28,320 nucleotides of DNA from Nephila pilipes (lineage: Eukaryota). Every line of letters begins with the position of its first letter. The first letter of the stretch is position 1. Below the pieces are notes generated by a model, which was given only the letters and a program-made list of their open reading frames with translations, ran no database searches and had not been told where the DNA came from. Below are positions 22,813 through 28,320 of the stretch, one piece after another. The stretch lies in NCBI GenBank assembly GCA_019974015.1, contig BMAW01101096.1:406909-435228 (forward strand), in the 5' to 3' direction. Position numbers and translations under genes: made by a program.

Positions 22813-23092
22813 GGCAGTGGTAATCATGGCATGGCATCGAGCTCACGACCAGCGTTTATTCAGTCGAGTCGAGAGTTCAAGCCCTGATACCACTGAAGAT
22901 TCGCCGTACAGCAAGGCTGATGCACGTTAAATCTGTCGAGTCTTCGAGTCCTCACTTTATGGACTTAGATTATATGAAGCCAGGTGTTGACAACTCAGAT
23001 GTTATCTTCATCACTTGACCATGGCTCAAAATTACGATGTTCATCGCCAATGGCTCTCATGTTGCTTCAAAGTATGAAGCAAATAATCAATC
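22813..23092 (+). mobile_element. tRNA-derived SINE, copy 5 (full length)
   Basis: The head is ggcagtggtaatcatggcatggcatcgagctcacg...gagagttcaagccc. The core is ggctgatgcacgttaaatctgtcgag. The 3' domain is tcatcacttgaccatggctcaaaattacgatg...gccaatggctctcatgttgcttc. The tail is aaataatcaatca. Confidence 0.8.
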
Positions 23093-23220
23093 ATTTAAAA
23101 CTGTCTCATTTTGATGCTTCACTATGAAAACCTTTTATAGTTCAAAAAATAGAATTCAGTTGTCATAATCTTTTTCAAAATTCAGCTAAATTCTATTGAT
23201 TGTGGAAATTAACATCTCTT

Positions 23221-23485
23221 TTAAAAGTAACACAAGAACTACAGGAGATGGATTTCTCAGTTTTGAACCTAGGTCAAATGACGAGGACGACACCTGAGCT
23301 GGTATCCTGCACTCCTAATTACCATACATTTCTTACGTGGGAATACGCAGCCCATCTTAACGTGCCTCCGCCCCGTAATGCGAGGAGTCTTTAGCGGCAC
23401 TAAGCTCTGGAGCCTACGACTCTACAGAAACAACTTTAGTCTCCAGCTCGCGATCATGGCCACTAAGCTATCTTGGCCACTCAGT
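23221..23485 (-). mobile_element. tRNA-derived SINE, copy 6 (near full length, inverted; forms an inverted pair with copy 5 across a ~128 bp spacer)
   Basis: The reverse complement matches the family: ...ttttgaacctaggtcaaatgacgaggacgacacctgagctgg...cttaacgtgcc...gtaatgcgaggagtctttagc...ctccagctcgcgatcatggccactaagc. The tail end is more diverged. Confidence 0.7.
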
Positions 23486-24250
23486 TAACTTTTCATAAAA
23501 ATAAGCAAGTAAAATCTTTAGAACAAACTATTTCATCATTATTAATAATTCTGAAGAACTAATTTTAATGGATTGTGTAATATGTATTACTTTTAAATAC
23601 TTCCTTTTTCCATGTTATAGATTGATGCTGTTTTCTATAGCAATTTGTACTGTTTCTATATCCACTGATTTAGAGGAAAGAATTTAAGTTCTTAGGCTCA
23701 AAAGATTTCAAGATCTGATAAATATTATACCAAAAAAAAATGATATCCAGTATGCATAAAAATACATTCCAACTATTTTCCACGCTGTAAATTTTTTATA
23801 TAAAAGAGAGAAAACAACACAATCAAACGAACCAGAAGCAGAACAAGAGAAGGGAGGTTAGAAGATAGCCACTCACTCGATCTTCTTGACGAAAGGGACG
23901 GACGAAGGAGGAAAAGACACACATTCCCCCGGACGTTATTCAACCCGATTGTGCTAGATGAGAAAGGGTTAATATCCCCCCCCGTCGTAAATAATACAGT
24001 TGTTATGTAAAAGCTTTAATGACCATGTGTAGGGGGGATACTTAAACTAATTTATGTAGTTTCTCACACTGATATTGATAACCCAAGTCTGAATTTAGAT
24101 TTAGATATCGATATTATAATTGAAACTTCTAGACATTATATTTTAGAAACTTGTATCTTCCCAGGTTCTTAGTTACATTTGGTTGTTTTCCATTCCCCTA
24201 AAATAGAGGCTTATTCTTGTTTTTTCTCTCAATCGCTCTCAGAGAATATA

Positions 24251-24540
24251 TTGGCCGCATTGGCCGAATGGTCTTGGTCTTGAGCTCATGAGTGGCGTTG
24301 TTACGACGAATTATGAGTTAAAGCCCTTTAGCCATAAAACAGCCTTCATGTATTGGGATTTGTGTACTTCAAATCTGTCGAGGTTCAAAGTCCTCGTTGG
24401 CGCGGTGTGAAAGTTTGGAGAGGGAGGTTCCAGTTCATAAGTGTCATCCTTGTCAATTAACCGAAATTCATAATTACGAGTGCGGTCACAAATAGTTCAC
24501 ATGTTATTTTAAAAGTACTACGTTAATAAACAATCAATCA
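24251..24540 (+). mobile_element. tRNA-derived SINE, copy 7 (full length)
   Basis: The head is ttggccgcattggccgaatggtcttggtcttgagctcatgag...tatgagttaaagccc. The core is aaatctgtcgaggttcaaagtcctcgttggcgcggtgtgaaagtttggagagggaggt. The 3' domain is gtcatccttgtcaattaaccgaaattcataattacgag. The tail is cgttaataaacaatcaatca. Confidence 0.8.
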
Positions 24541-27500
24541 GAGATCATACTATAATTTATTTAAATAAAATAATTAGTGATTCTTAGTCTATTTTTTGGT
24601 GATTCTAATTTCATATTTGGATACTTATTCATTTTCTAAAAAGTAAAACTTCTCCAGCTTCTACTAGCTGACAAGAAGAAAGTCTGAGCTAGCATTCTAT
24701 TCCCAACACTTTTATATTATGCATGTTGTAGGTATGGAAATATTACTTTAAAGTATTACCACCAGTATTTTTAAACCACCTTAACAAGAATGATAATATA
24801 AAAACACGAAGAAACGGAATTGAATCCAGATCCCGTACAAAAGGAAAATATAGAATATTAAGAGGCTATAGTATGCTAAATTCATTTCAGCTTCGAAGCT
24901 CTCATCTGATGTGGTAGGGAATTTTTGGAAATGAGATATCAATTCAAATGTGATCCACCTCACTTGGTCGTTATTTCTACCTTTATTTGTCATTGGTAGA
25001 CACTGATATGGATGTGCGATTTCCAGATTAAAGGGTGGTGCAAAAAAACCAAACAATGGAACATTGCATCCTATAGTCTTCTTCTATTATTAGTTTATGT
25101 GCAGAGAGGTAGTCTAAAACTTATGATTTGGTGTGTTCGTTATTAGAGAAAGAGAGAGAAAAAATGTTTTTTTTATTTCTGAACATTTTAATTATATTTG
25201 TTCTACCTCTATATTTTATCATACCAGTAATATTCTGAATTTAAGGATTACAATCACTATCCTCATTAAAATCATTAAACTATAATTTGATTTAAGTATA
25301 TAATATATAAAGATATGAAAATTAAGCAAATTAAAATTGTTGAATTTTGAAAGCATAATATGACATATTATTTCATTGAATTGTGTAATTTTAGTTTACT
25401 CTCTCTCTCTTTTGTATTTTTACTATGTGCACAGATTTCAATCAGTGACATTAAAAATATAAAGTTAATAAAACGATTTTTACTAAAATTATTTTATTAG
25501 AGTTATTTATTACTGGTGTAGAGCAGTTATTTATTACTTCAAACTGTGTTCCGCGAAGCCCAAGATTCCGTGAATTAAACTCCAGGGTTTCACGAATCAA
25601 AATAAAAATTCGAAACAAAATTATAAAATACTTACACTAATAGAATAATGTTTATTAACTATAAAATATAAACATAAATTTAGTTATCTAGGAAAATTAA
25701 TCATAATCTACGTATGAGGGCTGCTGATGTCCGTAACGTGACGTCAGCAGTAACTCACTTGCAAATGTAGCTCCAGATTATCAATTGTTCAGTCGTTGTA
25801 TATGCAAAATCAATTCGCACCCGCTGCGAAATTTGTATGATCGCTGTTATCTAAAGGCGAGCTATAGTTATGTACTCCATGAAAAATCTTTTATAACATA
25901 TATGGCAACAAAAGCAAAATATGGAAACAAATTAAATGCAGAATGTGAAGTACGACTTTAGATAACATCAGTAGAGCTAGACCTCGACGATCTGTAAAAA
26001 AATGTAAACACACCCCAGTCACTATATATATAATTCAATGGTAGGTGACACCTGGAGCACAAGTTAATGCTATTAATGAGTAAATTAAATTATTTATTTG
26101 TAATTTGTACAGTTTTTAAATAAAAATTACAATATTTTTTTTTATTGCTTTTACATAAAGTACCAATATGTTTCCATTGCGGTACTTAAAAAAATATTTT
26201 ATTTCGTTTTAGCCACCTAAAACCAAGAATAAGCATAATATTTGTATAAACCTTTTTGTCTTATCACCTAATTATCTTTCCTTCTCTCTTCGTTTCTTTA
26301 ATTATTAAAAAATTTACTTCGCGGAAATGTGAACAAAGTACAGTGCTATGTACAGCGGCACGATTGTTACACTCGTATCGCGACTAATCGTTTCGTAAGG
26401 CTCCACAGAAAAAAGTGGCTGCTTTTGTTGCAGGTGTAACGTGTTTTGAGGAAGGGTAGCCCAAACAGATGACTATCTGGATGCCTATATTACAGGTGAT
26501 AACAAAATCTTTTAACGCGCTTTTAAAACAGAGAGACTAAACATATGACTCTGAAAAGCTTATTTTATATTGTACATCTTACTTCTTATTTTATAATCAA
26601 CACTGCATTGGTTTGAATACCTATTAAATTGTTATTTAGCTCAAGCAATCTATTAGAGTATCCCCCCCTTGAATATTTTGTACTGTGAGTATACAACTAG
26701 ACCTTAAGAAAACGTATTGGTTTGATTTTGGGCAGTTATTATTCTTTGGTATTTATTTTAAACTAACCATATTTTTCAATGCAATTGTCCCTAATAATTT
26801 TTTTATTTCTCAAAATACGTCTAATTAATTGCTGTACAGGTGTAGTTTTCTTTGATGAAAGTTATATTGTATAGTACAAATCAAATTAAAAAAAACCCAA
26901 TTATTTGAGTATTAAGACTAAACCACAGTAAAGCTGGTATAAATTGACAACTTTTACTTCTCTGTCGAAATTCACTAAAAAAACGTCAAAAACTTATCAT
27001 TCTGTAGTTAAATTTTAAAATTTTGTGTGTGTCTAACCACCCCTTCTCCTTGAAGCCCCGTCATTTTCTTCTGTCTATTAATTATTTCCCCACCTCCCTA
27101 ATAATTACCAATCGCTGCTACTGTATTTTTTAAAGGATGGAATGGGGATCTCCGAAAAAATCTTATAGCTCTAAGGGTTCCGTGACTTGATAAAGTTTGT
27201 CCACTGGTGTAAAGTTATCGTCATTTACAAGTAATTGCAGTCAATTTTCTTTTTAATAACATAGCTGCATTCTTCAGCATTGTAATTTGTTTATTAACAT
27301 GAATTGAATATCGTAAAAAATCAATTCATTGAAAATTGCTAATGACTAGAAAAATGTGATCAAATTCTAACAAATTCTCTCATATTTCCCCCTTCTGCTA
27401 ATCTTTCGGGCTATTTGATTTAAGAACTTCACTTTGTGAATAAACTGTGATTTTTGTAAATTATCATTGCTTTCTATAGAAGTGTCGTGAATGGGAAATA

Positions 27501-28320
27501 TGTGATAGAAAGACTGTAGTATCATCTAGAGAGACTGAAGGCATTAGCTCTATTACAGATAGGTAGAAGGTAAACTAGATTGGTAATATAGGTTAAGCGA
27601 TCCTCTAAGAAATGATATATAACTCAGACCCAGAATGCAAGTCTTATTTCCTGAGTAACATCCACATTTTCTGTTATTGAGTAGATATTTAAATTATAAT
27701 CTTTGGTTGAGAACGCGAGTTAGTAACCTCTCCCCATTCATAATAATTGTTACTTTACGGTCATCGCGTAGTATAAAATAAAAGTAGTTTTATTTTTCAT
27801 AACTGACTCTTTCTTGAATGAACATTTAATGAGTTTCGATGGCTCAGAATCTTAGAAAAGAAAGCGGATGTCACAAAATTTTATTTCATTACTGAGACCC
27901 GAAATACAATTTTTACATAATATCACGTTTTTAATGTTAAATAATATTTACATCTAATTCGACAAATGGCTTTCTAAACATATATAGGAATTATGTCATC
28001 AACATGAATACAACAACAATATGACGTCTGGAAACAGTCTTGTGAGCATGAGGAGATGACATCAAGCTATGAGCTTCATCAGCAAACCGCATTGGAATAA
28101 TATCGAAGCCTTTTGGGGGAGTTAGATACAAGATGACTACAGAGAAACAAAAGATAAGAAGATAACTGTTCCTGGCTTCACTAAAACGTCTTGCCCGTTC
28201 GGAAGACAAAAACCATCGTACACGATCTGAAATATAGGAAAAATAATGTAAATACTTTAAATTAGGAGGCTTATGTTAGGATTTTAAAAAAAATTTATAA
28301 ATATTTTATTATATAAATGT

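Noticed and set aside
22800-22818. Possible degenerate 5' Tc1 terminus (cttcgtggcagtggta) overlapping the head of SINE copy 5
   Set aside because: It has only ~12 of 17 matches to the reverse complement of the 3' end, and it coincides with a tRNA-like SINE head that explains the sequence equally well. It is kept as a remark inside a finding rather than as a feature.
24781-25056. 91-aa minus-strand ORF
   Set aside because: No homology recognisable. Composition is like the surrounding non-coding DNA, with no splice or promoter context.
26437-26494. Exon-like segment with a good acceptor (ttttgttgcag|) and donor (attacag|gtgataac) 58 nt apart
   Set aside because: All three forward frames contain stop codons within the 58 nt, so it is not a coding exon. 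It could only be a UTR or chance match. There is no supporting evidence.
27991-28209. 72-aa minus-strand ORF near the window end
   Set aside because: No recognisable motifs. It is likely fortuitous.

Overview
This is an AT-rich eukaryotic window, most likely from an invertebrate metazoan (possibly an arthropod or other protostome); it is not prokaryotic. The host content is the 5' end of an agrin-like gene on the + strand. One exon (5509-5923) encodes a signal peptide plus an NtA (N-terminal agrin) domain. A second exon (from 13000) encodes the first follistatin/Kazal-like domain. The two are joined by a ~7.1 kb phase-1 intron. Most of the remaining sequence is intronic or intergenic and filled with transposable elements. 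These comprise seven copies, five full-length and two partial, of a ~290 bp tRNA-derived SINE family with a (CAAC/CAAT)n tail, two pairs of them in inverted orientation. There is also a 1.44 kb 5'-truncated RNase-H-bearing non-LTR retrotransposon with a (TAAA)n/poly-A tail and a 17 bp target-site duplication. A frameshifted mariner (Hsmar1/Mos1-like) transposase remnant and a frameshifted Tc1-like transposase remnant on the minus strand are present as well. Numerous microsatellites occur: (AT)n, (GT)n, (GATA)n, (GAAA)n and (TTA)n. There is a 137 bp tandem duplication and an unusual C12A9G7 homopolymer block. I found no rRNA, tRNA or CRISPR features. Nothing here amounts to a novel multi-gene system. 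The main points for follow-up are the SINE family, the inverted SINE pair inside the gene, and the unusual 3' end of the follistatin-like exon.
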